The notes: generated from the letters alone by a model not told the origin. 64,000 bases of DNA from Acidobacteriota bacterium (GCA_040755995.1 JBFMAF010000010.1:64001-128000), one strand, 5' to 3'; numbered from the stretch's first letter, positions 27,906-37,871 are shown. Numbers and translations are program-made.

Positions 27906-28649
27906 GTGGAGCTCGAGGAGCGAGTCGCCGTCGTCACCGGCGGGTGCTCGGGCATCGGTCGCGCCATCTGCGTCGAGCTCGCCCGCCGGGGGTGCGACGT
28001 CGCATTCGTCGACATTACCGCGGGACCGCCGGCCGAAAGCCTGAGGCAGGAGATCGCCGACCTCGGCTGCCGCTCGCTCTTCTACGAAGCCGATGTGGCT
28101 GACTTCGCGCTTGCGCAGGAATGCGCCGTGACGGTGATGCGCGAGCTGGGCCACATCGACTTCCTCGTAAACAACGCCGGCACTCATGCGGACTCGGTCG
28201 TCTGGAAGATGTCCGAGGAGCAGTGGGACCGGGTAATCGACGTGAACCTCAAGGGCGCGTTCAACTACCTGCGCGCCTTCGCACCGATCATGCGAGAGCG
28301 CAGAAGCGGCGTGATCGTCAACATCTCCTCGCTTGCGGCAATACGCGGCCGCTTCGGCCTGGCCAACTACAGCGCGGCGAAGGCGGGTCTCATGGGCATG
28401 ACCAGAAGCGTTGCGAAGGAGATGGGCAAGTACAACGTGCGTGTCAACGTGATTGCTCCGGGCTACGTGCAGACCAGCATGATGGAGAAGCTGCCGCCGG
28501 AGTACAAGGAGCAGGCGATGTCGGAGACCGTGCTCAACCGCCTGGGGCTCCCGGATGACGTGGCGAATGTCGTCTGCTTCCTCTGCTCGGATCGTGCACG
28601 CCACATCACCGGCGAGATCATAAGGGTGGACGGGGGACAGCATCTCTGA
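27906..28649 (+). CDS. Short-chain dehydrogenase/reductase (FabG-like)
   Basis: TGGCSGIG, NNAG, YSAAK, VDGG; GTG start inferred. Confidence 0.9.
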   Translation: MELEERVAVVTGGCSGIGRAICVELARRGCDVAFVDITAGPPAESLRQEIADLGCRSLFYEADVADFALAQECAVTVMRELGHIDFLVNNAGTHADSVVWKMSEEQWDRVIDVNLKGAFNYLRAFAPIMRERRSGVIVNISSLAAIRGRFGLANYSAAKAGLMGMTRSVAKEMGKYNVRVNVIAPGYVQTSMMEKLPPEYKEQAMSETVLNRLGLPDDVANVVCFLCSDRARHITGEIIRVDGGQHL

Positions 28650-28774
28650 GGAGCCCCAGCTGCAAGGCCTGCCTCATGCATACAATCGACACTCGACCTT
28701 CGCCGGCCGCAGGCCGTCGCCGATCTGCCCATCGTCTTGACTTACAGCCGTCGACTACTTAGCAGGAGAATGCC

Positions 28775-29548
28775 GTGGCAAGAACCTACAAGTACCTGAG
28801 AAGAGAATCCCGGGAGCTCACCGCCTGGGTGACGATCGATCACCCGCCCTACAACGTTCTGACGATGGCGGTGATGGACGAGCTCGTCGACCTGCTCCAA
28901 ACGCTGACCGACGAGGGAGACGTGAAGGCAGTGGTTCTTCAAGGAGCAGGCAGGGCGTTCTCCGCCGGACTGGACATCAGCGAGCACACCGTCGAGAAGT
29001 CCTATCAGCTCCTCGACACCTTTCATGAGATCTTCCGTACGATGGTGCGGCTGGACAAGCCCGTAGTCGCCGCGGTGCGCGGCCCGGCGCTCGGCGGCGG
29101 CTGCGAGCTGGCGATGTTCTGCGACATGGCCATAGCGGGCGACACTGCCCGGTTCGGCCAGCCCGAGATCAAGGTGGGCATCTTTCCACCGATGGCCACC
29201 GTCATCTTCCCGCGCCTGATCGGGAGGCGGCGCGCGGTCGAACTCATTCTGACCGGCGATATCATCGATGCACGAGAGGCCGAGCGGATCGGCATGGTGA
29301 ACAAGGTCGTGCCGGATGCCATGCTGGAGGAAGCGGTCACGCAACTGGTCCGGAAGCTCGCCGAGCACAGTGCGCCGGTCATTCAGATCGCGCGTCGCGC
29401 CATCTACTCGGCCTACGACGCCGAATTCCCCGTGGCCCTTCAACGTGTCGAAGACATCTACCTTAACCACCTCATGGTGCTGGAAGACACCACCGAGGGG
29501 CTCAAGGCCTTCCTCCAGAAGCGGAAACCCGTCTGGAAGAACCGCTGA
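28775..29548 (+). CDS. Enoyl-CoA hydratase/isomerase, resembling the cyclohexadienecarbonyl-CoA hydratase (Dch) subfamily
   Basis: FSAGLD, ALGGGCEL, PEIKVGIFPP, EDIYLNHLM..ED..EGLKAFLQKRKPVW. Confidence 0.85.
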   Translation: MARTYKYLRRESRELTAWVTIDHPPYNVLTMAVMDELVDLLQTLTDEGDVKAVVLQGAGRAFSAGLDISEHTVEKSYQLLDTFHEIFRTMVRLDKPVVAAVRGPALGGGCELAMFCDMAIAGDTARFGQPEIKVGIFPPMATVIFPRLIGRRRAVELILTGDIIDAREAERIGMVNKVVPDAMLEEAVTQLVRKLAEHSAPVIQIARRAIYSAYDAEFPVALQRVEDIYLNHLMVLEDTTEGLKAFLQKRKPVWKNR

Positions 29549-29756
29549 ATCGGATTTCGAATTCGGGAAGGTGGATATCCACTTCACTCATGCAGTTCCA
29601 CGACGATCATCGGAAATCCACAGAAGACGAATATTGAGCAGATCATGCAGATGTCACTGATCGCAGGCCCTTCTCCAATCGGCCAAATCTGCGGATTTCC
29701 GGAAAGCGCAGACCCGCGGGTCGACCGGAGGCGCCGATTGCTGCAGGCACTCGAAG

Positions 29757-29788
29757 ACTGACAACTGTCAACCGGCAACTGACAACTC
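29757..29788. repeat. ACTGACA-type heptamer tract, same family as 4741-4911
   Basis: actgacaactgtcaaccggcaactgacaactc directly before recD2. Confidence 0.65.
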
Positions 29789-29795
29789 ATTTGAG

Positions 29796-32021
29796 ATGGC
29801 CGAGCTCCATGGGCACGTCGACCGCGTCGTCTACTACGGCGAGGACAGCGGCTACGTCGTCGCGCGACTCCGCCTTCAGAACCGCCGCGCGCTGATCCCG
29901 ATCGTTGGGACCGTCTGGCAGCCGCTGCATGAAGGCGACGAGGTGCAGCTGCAGGGGGATTGGACGACGCACGACAAGTACGGCGAACAGTTCCAGTTCA
30001 CCGTGTGCCACGTCGTGCTCCCGACCGATGCGGACGGGATCGAGCGCTACCTGGGTTCGGGCCTGATCAAGGGGATCGGCAAGGGCCTCGCCAGGCGCAT
30101 CGTAGAGAAATTCGGCACCGATGCCCTGCGCATCATCGAGTCCGAGCCGGAGCGGCTGAAAGAGGTCCGGGGGCTCAGCGCGAAGAAGATCGAGGCAATC
30201 CGCGAGAAGTGGGGGGAGCAGCGCGAGCTGCGCGAGGCGCTCATCTTCTTCCAGGGGCACGGAATCACCGCAGGCCAGGGAATGAAGATCTTCAAGCGGT
30301 TCGGACGCGAAGCCGTAAGCGAGACCAAACGCAACCCGTACCAGCTGGTCGAGGAGATCTGGGGGATCGGCTTCAAGACCGCCGACCAGATCGCCATGAA
30401 GATAGGCTTCGACCCGCGCAGCCCGCTCCGGGCCGAAGCCGTCCTCCTGTATGCCCTCGACCAGGCTGCCGACGAAGGCCACGTATACTGCCCCGCCGAC
30501 GAGCTTGTCGAGCGGGCCGGCAAGATCGTGCCGATCGACAGCGATCTGCTGAGCAGCGCCCTGGATTCGCTCATCGCACAACGCCGGCTAATCAGGTCCG
30601 GAATCGAGATGAACGAAAGATCCATCTACCTGGCGCCGCTCTACTACGCGGAACGCGGAGTGGCTGAATATCTCGCGAAGGCGGTAGGCGGCGGCGCGAT
30701 CGCAGTTGCCGAGCGCGAACAGCTGATCGCGGATCAGGAGAAGACGCTCGGGCTGCGCTTCTCGGACGAGCAGAAAGAAGCTGTCGTCCGCACGGCCGAG
30801 AACCGGGTCATCATCATCACCGGTGGACCGGGCACGGGCAAGACCACGATCGTGCGCGCGCTTGCGAACCACTTCAGCCGCAAGGGCGGGCGAGTGGCTC
30901 TGGCGGCGCCCACGGGCAAGGCGGCCAAGAGGCTCTCCGAGGCCACGCGGCGTCCCGCCGTCACGATCCACCGGCTTCTGGAGTTCAACCCGGCCCTGGG
31001 AGAATTCGGGCGCAACCCGGAGACGCCGATCGAGTGCGACACGCTGATCCTGGACGAGTGCTCCATGATCGATCTGGCGCTGATGTACACGATCGTGCGC
31101 GCGCTGCCGGAGAAGTGCCGCCTGGTCATGGTCGGCGACAAGGACCAGCTCCCGAGCATACGCGCCGGAAGCGTACTGCGTGATGCCATCGCTTGCGGCT
31201 GCATCCCGACCGTGGAGCTCAAGAAGATCTACAGGCAGTCCGACAGAAGCTACATCACGCTCAACGCGCACCGCATCAACGAGGGATCGTACCCCGTCTT
31301 CCCGCATACCACAGGCTCCGAGATCGTGACCGACTTTTACTTCGTGCCGGAAGAACGGGACGAGCGGACGCTGGCGCTGATCCTGAAGCTGTACATGGAG
31401 CGGATTCCGAAGCGGCTTTACGAGCTCGGGCTGACGGGCTACGATCCGTTCTCGGATTCGATCCAGGTCATAGCCCCGATGTACCGCGGCCTGCTCGGCG
31501 TCGACAATCTGAATGCGACGTTGCAGGAGGCCCTCAACCCCGAGAAGTCTTCGCCCAGGCTGGCGATCGGGCGCGGCCTGCGGGTGGGCGACAAGGTCAT
31601 CCAGCTGCGGAACAACTACAAGAAAGAGGTCTTCAACGGAGAGATGGGACGCATCGCGGGCTACGTCGAGGATGAGAAGGCGGTGACCGTGGCCTTCGAC
31701 GAGCGCAGGGTCACGTACGACGCGAGCGACATCGACGAGCTCAGCCTCGCCTATGCACTGACGGTGCACAAGTCACAGGGGAGCGAGTTCGAAGCTGTCA
31801 TCATGCCCATCCTGATGTCTCACTACATCATGTTGGACCGGAATCTTCTCTACACGGCCGTGAGCCGCGCCAAGAAGCTGCTGGTGCTGCTTGGATCGGA
31901 AAAGGCGCTCCGCTACGCGATCCGCAACAACAGGCCGCGCCTGCGCTACACGCACCTGATGGATCGCATCGTGAGCCTCAAGACTCGAGAGACCAGAGGC
32001 GAATACGGGATCGGCGAGTGA
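29796..32021 (+). CDS. recD2: RecD2-like SF1B DNA helicase
   Basis: YLGSGLIKGIG HhH region, GGPGTGKTT, DECSM, GDKDQLPS, YALTVHKSQGSE. Confidence 0.93.
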   Translation: MAELHGHVDRVVYYGEDSGYVVARLRLQNRRALIPIVGTVWQPLHEGDEVQLQGDWTTHDKYGEQFQFTVCHVVLPTDADGIERYLGSGLIKGIGKGLARRIVEKFGTDALRIIESEPERLKEVRGLSAKKIEAIREKWGEQRELREALIFFQGHGITAGQGMKIFKRFGREAVSETKRNPYQLVEEIWGIGFKTADQIAMKIGFDPRSPLRAEAVLLYALDQAADEGHVYCPADELVERAGKIVPIDSDLLSSALDSLIAQRRLIRSGIEMNERSIYLAPLYYAERGVAEYLAKAVGGGAIAVAEREQLIADQEKTLGLRFSDEQKEAVVRTAENRVIIITGGPGTGKTTIVRALANHFSRKGGRVALAAPTGKAAKRLSEATRRPAVTIHRLLEFNPALGEFGRNPETPIECDTLILDECSMIDLALMYTIVRALPEKCRLVMVGDKDQLPSIRAGSVLRDAIACGCIPTVELKKIYRQSDRSYITLNAHRINEGSYPVFPHTTGSEIVTDFYFVPEERDERTLALILKLYMERIPKRLYELGLTGYDPFSDSIQVIAPMYRGLLGVDNLNATLQEALNPEKSSPRLAIGRGLRVGDKVIQLRNNYKKEVFNGEMGRIAGYVEDEKAVTVAFDERRVTYDASDIDELSLAYALTVHKSQGSEFEAVIMPILMSHYIMLDRNLLYTAVSRAKKLLVLLGSEKALRYAIRNNRPRLRYTHLMDRIVSLKTRETRGEYGIGE

Positions 32022-32220
32022 GCCCGGCAATGCCGGCCTGGCCCCCGCGGGCCGCTGTCGCAGAGCACCGCTCGTGGCACCGGCCCGTCTCGCCTCGCCG
32101 GGCAGCTTCGCGCCGGCCGTGGCAGTGCGTCCCGGCGGGTAGGAACCCCCGCGCTCCCGCCGCCTCTCCACCTCGTCGCGACCGTGGCGAATTTCCACTG
32201 AGACACGGGATCGCGGAACA

Positions 32221-32278
32221 TTAATCGGAATTAATAATCAATGTTTGACCTTGATTTTTTTTAACTTGGTTCTATAAT
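32221..32278 (+). promoter_or_regulatory. AT-rich promoter with CRP/FNR-like boxes
   Basis: Palindrome TTAAT-CGGA-ATTAA (32221-32234), TTGAT-TTTT-TTTAA (32251-32264) and TATAAT at 32273. Confidence 0.5.
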
Positions 32279-32320
32279 CGAAGTCTATCGAGCAGGGCAT
32301 CGATGGAGATGAAACAGGAT

Positions 32321-32496
32321 TTTGTGGGTAGGGTCCTCATACTTAATCTGCGAACCGGACCCCTTCGGGGTCCTAATTCCCCGCCCGGTGGACCGGCCCG
32401 GTCCGCCGCAAACGTCCTCGTCGATCCTGGATTCCGCAGCTTCACGACAATCCCAAGGAGGGTCCAACTGCCCAACCCTCCAGCCCTACCCACAAA
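32321..32496 (+). ncRNA. Candidate structured RNA or leader closed by a 13-bp terminal stem
   Basis: TTTGTGGGTAGGG (32321-32333) pairs with CCCTACCCACAAA (32484-32496), enclosing three internal hairpins; family not recognised. Confidence 0.35.
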
Positions 32497-32570
32497 CTTT
32501 TTCGCATAGGCGGCGGCGTGAGAGTGCTTCGCGCCGCCGCTCGTGCACTTGCCAACAGGAGGCTGATCGC

Positions 32571-33029
32571 ATGAGACGACTTGCTTGGATGACGCTGGTT
32601 TGTGCCGTGCTCGTTTTCTGTCTGCTGCCCGCGCGTGCTTTCGCCGAGCGCACGTTCATTGGCGCTGAGAAGTGCAAGATGTGCCACAAGCTCCAGTACG
32701 AAAGCTGGGCCCAAACACCGCATGCGAAGCCGTTGGATGCCTTGAAGCCGGAGGAACGGTCGAAGGCCGAGTGCGTCGGCTGCCACACGACCAACGGCAT
32801 CGAGCTGCCGAACGTGCAGTGCGAGGCTTGCCACGGGGCAGGTAGCGAGTACAAGACGCTGGCGATCATGAAGGACAAGGAGAAGGCGATCGCCGCCGGG
32901 CTGACTATTCCCGACGAAGCCCTCTGCACAGGCAAGTGCCACAATAGCAAGAGCCCCAACTTCAAGAGCTTCGACTTCAAGACGATGGCTCCAAAGGTGC
33001 ACGAGCACAAGGCGCCTGCTGCGAAGTAG
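32571..33029 (+). CDS. Periplasmic tetraheme cytochrome c (c554-like)
   Basis: Signal peptide; CKMCH, CVGCH, CEACH and CTGKCH (CxxxCH); AGGAGG RBS. Confidence 0.9.
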   Translation: MRRLAWMTLVCAVLVFCLLPARAFAERTFIGAEKCKMCHKLQYESWAQTPHAKPLDALKPEERSKAECVGCHTTNGIELPNVQCEACHGAGSEYKTLAIMKDKEKAIAAGLTIPDEALCTGKCHNSKSPNFKSFDFKTMAPKVHEHKAPAAK

Positions 33030-33400
33030 TCGAAGCGCCCCCGGAGCAGACGGCCGGCCTCGCCTGGCGCCGGGGCGGTGTCAGTCACCCCTCCGGCGGC
33101 CCGCATGAGGCCCGTGGTCTGTACAGCAGGAGCGAGCCACACACACGAGGTGCCGCGACGTTTCCGGCTTCAAGCCCCGCTGAGGCTCACCGAGCCGGCG
33201 AGGCCCGACCCATGCTCCCCGGAGTATCCGAGGCGGCGTAGGGCGCGGCGCTCGTAGAGCGTGGAGCCCGCACCAATTCAGGGGCCGACTGTGCGCGGTT
33301 TCAAGACTCTGCGCATATCCGGTGGCGGGCTAGTTATCTGATCTTAACCGCGCCGCAGCTCCCCGAAATGTGCTAACATCTCCGTTCTTGATGCTCGCAG

Positions 33401-36400
33401 ATGACGAGGGAGGGTAGCGTCGTGAGGGAGTTCGTGTTCTGCTTGCTTTGGACCAGTGCCTGGCTGTCATTGGCAACGAGCGGCATGGCGATGGAGGGCC
33501 GCACATCGGAGGGCATGTCGCCAGACGGTATCTGGCAGATCGTGGAAGAGCAACGCATTCCGGCGGCCGCCGGGGCGCGTCTGATTCGTCCGTCGAAGTA
33601 CCAGGCGCTCAGACTGGAGGAGTCTTCGCTGAAGGCAATCCTTCAACGCGCGCCGATGGAGCTCACCGAGGCCGCCGAGGCCTCTCCTCTTTACCTGACC
33701 CTTCCGCTTGCCGACGGCGGCTTCGAGTGGTTCCGAGTGGTGGAATCGCCGATCATGGAGCCTCCGCTTGCGGCGCGTTTCCCCGAAATCCGGACGTACG
33801 CCGCCCAAGGTGTGGATGATGCGACTGCCACGGCACGGCTCGATTGGACACCCGCGGGCTTCCACGCGATCATCTTTTCCGCGACGGGCACCGCCTATGT
33901 GGACCCATATCGTCGCGGCGACACGTCGCATTACATCAGCTATCGCAAGCGGGACTTTGTTGCAGCAGGAAAGCAGTTCGCATGCTGGGCCGAGGGGCGG
34001 GACGAGACAGGCTGGAACTGGGAGGGAATTGACGGGCCGGCCCTGGCGCCCTCCGGCACGCAGCTCCGCACCTATCGTGCGGCGGTCGCCTGCACGGGTG
34101 AGTACGCAGCGTACCACGGTGGCACCGTGCCCGGCGCTCTGTCAGCCATCACCACGACCATGAACCGAGTTGTTGGTGTTTACGAGCGAGAGGTGGCGGT
34201 GAGGATGGTGCTGATCGCCAACGAAACCTCGATCATCTACACCAACGGCTCGACGGATCCCTACACCAACAACAACGGCTCCACGATGCTCGGACAGAAC
34301 CAGACCAACCTGGACAGCGTCATAGGCAGTGCCAACTACGACATCGGGCATGTGTTCAGCACGGGCGGCGGCGGGATCGCATATCTAGGTTGCGTCTGTC
34401 AGGCGGGCACCAAGGCCAGGGGCGTGACGGGCTCGGGTGCCCCGATCGGCGATCCATTCGACATCGACTATGTGGCCCACGAGATGGGCCACCAGTTCGA
34501 TGCCAATCACACGTTCAACGGAACGACCAGCTCGTGCGGCGGCGGCAACCGCAATGGCGGCACCGCCTACGAGCCCGGCAGCGGCTCGACGATCATGGCG
34601 TATGCAGGTATCTGCGGGACCGAGGATCTGCAGCCGCACAGCGATGACTACTTCCACACAATCAGCTTCGATGAGATCGCCGCGTACACGACCGGCGGCG
34701 GCGGGAGCGGCTGCGCCGTGACCGCGGCCACCGGCAACAATCCGCCGGCGATCAGCGCCGGCCCCGACTACACGATCCCAAAGAGTACGCCGTTTGTGCT
34801 GACTGCTTCCGGCAGCGATCCGGACGGCGATTCGCTGACATACTGCTGGGAGGAATTCGATCTCGGCGCGGCGGCGCCGCCTAACACCGACAACGGCACC
34901 CGCCCGATCTTCCGCTCCTTCAACCCCACACCCAGCCCGTCGCGCACCTTCCCGAGATTGAGCGATATCCTTTCGGGGGTCCCGACTCTTGGTGAGTCTT
35001 TGCCGGCGACGACCCGCACCATGAAGTTCCGCATCACGGCGCGTGACAACCGTTCTGGTGGCGGCGGCGTAGACTATGACCTCGCTCAGGTGGCGGTTGT
35101 GGGCACGGCCGGTCCGTTCGCGATTACGTCGCCGAACACGGCAGTGAACTGGGGCCAGGGCACATCTCAGACGGTCACCTGGAACGTCGCGGGCACAACC
35201 GGATCCGGCATCAACACCGCGAATGTGAACATACTGCTTTCTGTCGACGGCGGCTACACGTGGCCGTACACGCTCGCAGCTTCGACCGCAAACGACGGCT
35301 CGGAGAACATCAGCGTGCCGATCGTGTCGACCGCCACGGCGAGAATCAAGGTCGAGGCCGCAGGCAACATCTTCTTCGACATCAACGACGCCAACTTCGC
35401 GATATCAGTGGGCGGCTGCCCGACGATCACCCTCTCGCCGCCGAGCATGCCTGGTGGGACAGTGGGCACGTTCTACTCACAAACGGTGACAGCCGGCGGC
35501 GGCACCGCACCCTACGGCTACCAGCGCACATCAGGCACTCTGCCGAACGGACTCAACATCTCGTCCGGCGGCGTCATCTCCGGTACTCCAACGACCGCCG
35601 GCACTTTCAACTTTACGGTCACGGCAACGGATGCTGCGTTTTGCACCGGCTCGCGCGCTTACTCAATCGAGGTCACCGGCTCCTCTTGCCCGGCGATTAC
35701 GATCAATCCGCCGTCGCTGCCGGGTGGCAGCGTGGGCGCCGCCTACAGCCAGACGATAGCGGCGAGCGGCGGCACTGCTCCATACTCGTACAGCGTCCAG
35801 TCCGGCAGCCTGCCTCCGAACCTGACACTTTCGCCCGGAGGCGTCATCTCAGGCACGTCGGCCACCGCCGGCCTGTATTCGTTCACGGTCCTCGCCACCG
35901 ACTCGGCCGCTTGCACCGGCTCCCGGCCGTACACGCTCAACATCAGCGGCGGTGGATGCCAGTCGATCCTCGTCTCGCCGGAAACGATCGCAGCAGGCAC
36001 AGTCGGCACGGCCTACAGCCAGAACTTCACAGCCGCGGGCGGAGCCGCACCGTACGTTTACTCGATCGCCGCCGGCACGCCGCCGCCGGGGCTTGATCTC
36101 GACAGCGCGGGTGTCCTTTCGGGAACGCCTACAGCAGCAGGCGAGTACATTTTCACGGTGGCGGCCAGGGATACGAGCTACTGCACCGGCACTCGCGACT
36201 ACACGCTCACCATATCGTCCGGCGGGGCCTATCTCTACTATGACGACTTCGAGGATGGGAATGCCGGCGACTGGCGCGCGTCGTCCGGTACCTGGTCGGT
36301 GGTGGGCGGTGATCTGCGCGGAACGGCGAGCAGGAAGTCCGCCACGATCCTTTCGCCGTACCCGGGATCTGGCGCCTTCACGGTGGAAACTGAGATGTGG

Positions 36401-36736
36401 GTGAACACAGCTGGGGCGACGGCCGGTCTTCTGTCCTGGTACACTGATTCGAAGAACTACGTACAGCTTCTCATGTCAGATGCGAGCGACAGGTGGACAA
36501 TCGAGCAGTACTCGGGCGGGAAGCGAGTCGCCTCGAAGAGCAAGAAAGGCCGTATCGCCCCGGGGACGAGGTACAAAGTCAGCCTGATCTACGACGGCTC
36601 GAAATTCCGTCTGCTCGTGAACGGCCGTTCGAGGATCAGCATCAACGCAGCCCGTCCGGCATCAGGCACCGTCGGCTTCCGCGTGCAGGGCAATCGCGCG
36701 TCGGCGAGCTTCGAGGAGATCAAGGTCCGACGTTAG
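33401..36736 (+). CDS. Secreted reprolysin-like (M12B) zinc metalloprotease with three putative-Ig repeats and a C-terminal ConA-like domain
   Basis: HEMGHQFDANH zinc motif, Met-turn STIMAYAG, three Y...SGxLPxGLxxxxxGVISGTP repeats. Confidence 0.88.
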   Translation: MTREGSVVREFVFCLLWTSAWLSLATSGMAMEGRTSEGMSPDGIWQIVEEQRIPAAAGARLIRPSKYQALRLEESSLKAILQRAPMELTEAAEASPLYLTLPLADGGFEWFRVVESPIMEPPLAARFPEIRTYAAQGVDDATATARLDWTPAGFHAIIFSATGTAYVDPYRRGDTSHYISYRKRDFVAAGKQFACWAEGRDETGWNWEGIDGPALAPSGTQLRTYRAAVACTGEYAAYHGGTVPGALSAITTTMNRVVGVYEREVAVRMVLIANETSIIYTNGSTDPYTNNNGSTMLGQNQTNLDSVIGSANYDIGHVFSTGGGGIAYLGCVCQAGTKARGVTGSGAPIGDPFDIDYVAHEMGHQFDANHTFNGTTSSCGGGNRNGGTAYEPGSGSTIMAYAGICGTEDLQPHSDDYFHTISFDEIAAYTTGGGGSGCAVTAATGNNPPAISAGPDYTIPKSTPFVLTASGSDPDGDSLTYCWEEFDLGAAAPPNTDNGTRPIFRSFNPTPSPSRTFPRLSDILSGVPTLGESLPATTRTMKFRITARDNRSGGGGVDYDLAQVAVVGTAGPFAITSPNTAVNWGQGTSQTVTWNVAGTTGSGINTANVNILLSVDGGYTWPYTLAASTANDGSENISVPIVSTATARIKVEAAGNIFFDINDANFAISVGGCPTITLSPPSMPGGTVGTFYSQTVTAGGGTAPYGYQRTSGTLPNGLNISSGGVISGTPTTAGTFNFTVTATDAAFCTGSRAYSIEVTGSSCPAITINPPSLPGGSVGAAYSQTIAASGGTAPYSYSVQSGSLPPNLTLSPGGVISGTSATAGLYSFTVLATDSAACTGSRPYTLNISGGGCQSILVSPETIAAGTVGTAYSQNFTAAGGAAPYVYSIAAGTPPPGLDLDSAGVLSGTPTAAGEYIFTVAARDTSYCTGTRDYTLTISSGGAYLYYDDFEDGNAGDWRASSGTWSVVGGDLRGTASRKSATILSPYPGSGAFTVETEMWVNTAGATAGLLSWYTDSKNYVQLLMSDASDRWTIEQYSGGKRVASKSKKGRIAPGTRYKVSLIYDGSKFRLLVNGRSRISINAARPASGTVGFRVQGNRASASFEEIKVRR

Positions 36737-36857
36737 CCAGGCGGTCTGCGAACATCACTGCGACAACAGTCCGGAGATCGGGCGCCGCATCGGCCGTCGA
36801 GACTGCGACTACCTCAGGGCATATCACAGAAATCGCGGAGCTTCCGGCAGGCGGGCC

Positions 36858-37499
36858 CTACTGAGTCGCCGCACCTACATCGGCGAAGTTGAGGATGTCC
36901 ATGTACTGCCACTCGCGGAACGCAAGCGCGTAGACCTGCTTCTTGGACGCGTAGACCACCACCTCCGGCGGGAAAACGATGCTGCCCAGGATTGGCACCA
37001 CACGCTTCCCAGCATACTCAGGGTAAAAGCGCGCGAAAAGCGACGTCTTCTCCAGAAGCTCGTCGACATGCGGGGTCTTCGGACTGGTCTTGACTTCGAC
37101 CACGAAGGCCTGCGTGTCGGTAACGGCGAGTGCGTCTATCTCGTACTCCTCGCCACCCAGCCGCTTGATGGGTCTCATCCCGATCCAGTCGGGCTCTTTC
37201 TTGAAGTACTCGCGCACCGCAGGCCGAACGGCTGGGGCGACGATGTCTTCGATGATGGTTCCCAGCCTACTCGCCAACGCCCCCCACTGCCTGTTCCTCT
37301 CCTTCTGATCGTTCTCCACATTCACCTTGAATGCGCGCATCTCGGCCTTGAAGTCGCGCATCTCAGCCTTGAAATCGCGCATCTCAGCCTTGAAAGCCTC
37401 GGTGCTGGCTTTCATCTCAGCGACGGCCGAGTTTGTCTGCAGGATGAAATCATGCAGAACCTGCTCCAGCGTGTCGACTCTCTCCTTGACTGTCTGCAT
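36858..37499 (-). CDS. Coiled-coil plus PD-(D/E)XK nuclease-like protein (DUF3782-like)
   Basis: Heptads FKAEMRD/FKAEMRD/FKAEMRA, then GTIIED...EIDALA...VVEVK. Confidence 0.7.
   Translation of the reverse strand: MQTVKERVDTLEQVLHDFILQTNSAVAEMKASTEAFKAEMRDFKAEMRDFKAEMRAFKVNVENDQKERNRQWGALASRLGTIIEDIVAPAVRPAVREYFKKEPDWIGMRPIKRLGGEEYEIDALAVTDTQAFVVEVKTSPKTPHVDELLEKTSLFARFYPEYAGKRVVPILGSIVFPPEVVVYASKKQVYALAFREWQYMDILNFADVGAATQ
37326..37396. repeat. 21-nt intragenic tandem repeat, about 3.4 copies
   Basis: ccttgaa(n)(n)cgcgcatctc(a/g)g units encode the heptad AEMRDFK. Confidence 0.8.
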
Positions 37500-37842
37500 G
37501 GCTTCCCCTTCTGACCTTTGCTCAGTATATCAGAGTCCCGGCTCGAGTTGGATTCACACGCAGTTGGCGCCGTGCCGGTTCTGCTTTGCCGCGCTGCGGC
37601 CCGAATGGGTCCCGTGCACCCTGTCCGCTGTTTCGTCAATGCGTGGGAATCTGTGGTCGCCGGGCTTTTTCCAACTGGCGCGGGCGCCGCCAGCGTTTGC
37701 TATGAAATGGCGGTATGCTCGCCAGACTAGTCGGCAACCCCTGAGACAGGAGCTTCTTCTTGCCTGGACGGCGGGCCGATGGCTCCGGTGCAGAACCCTG
37801 CGCCACTCTCACGCTTCCACGAGCGGTAACGAGTGGTAATGC

Positions 37843-37871
37843 TTGACATGATAGTACCTCGGGCATATCTT
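37843..37871 (+). promoter_or_regulatory. Sigma-70-like promoter upstream of the B3/4-like and Rrf2 genes
   Basis: TTGACA-N17-TATCTT. Confidence 0.55.

Noticed and set aside
33130..33330. 6S-like RNA on the minus strand between the cytochrome and the protease
   Set aside because: Only short word-level resemblances; I could not build a consistent long hairpin.
34478..34510. Inactive metalloprotease because HExxHxxGxxH has Gly replaced by Asp
   Set aside because: All three His and the catalytic Glu are intact; the substitution alone does not show inactivation.
37702..37728. Third copy of the ECF motif (ATGAAATG-N11-GCCAGACT, plus strand)
   Set aside because: First half perfect but second half matches only 4 of 8, and no gene start is close; likely chance.
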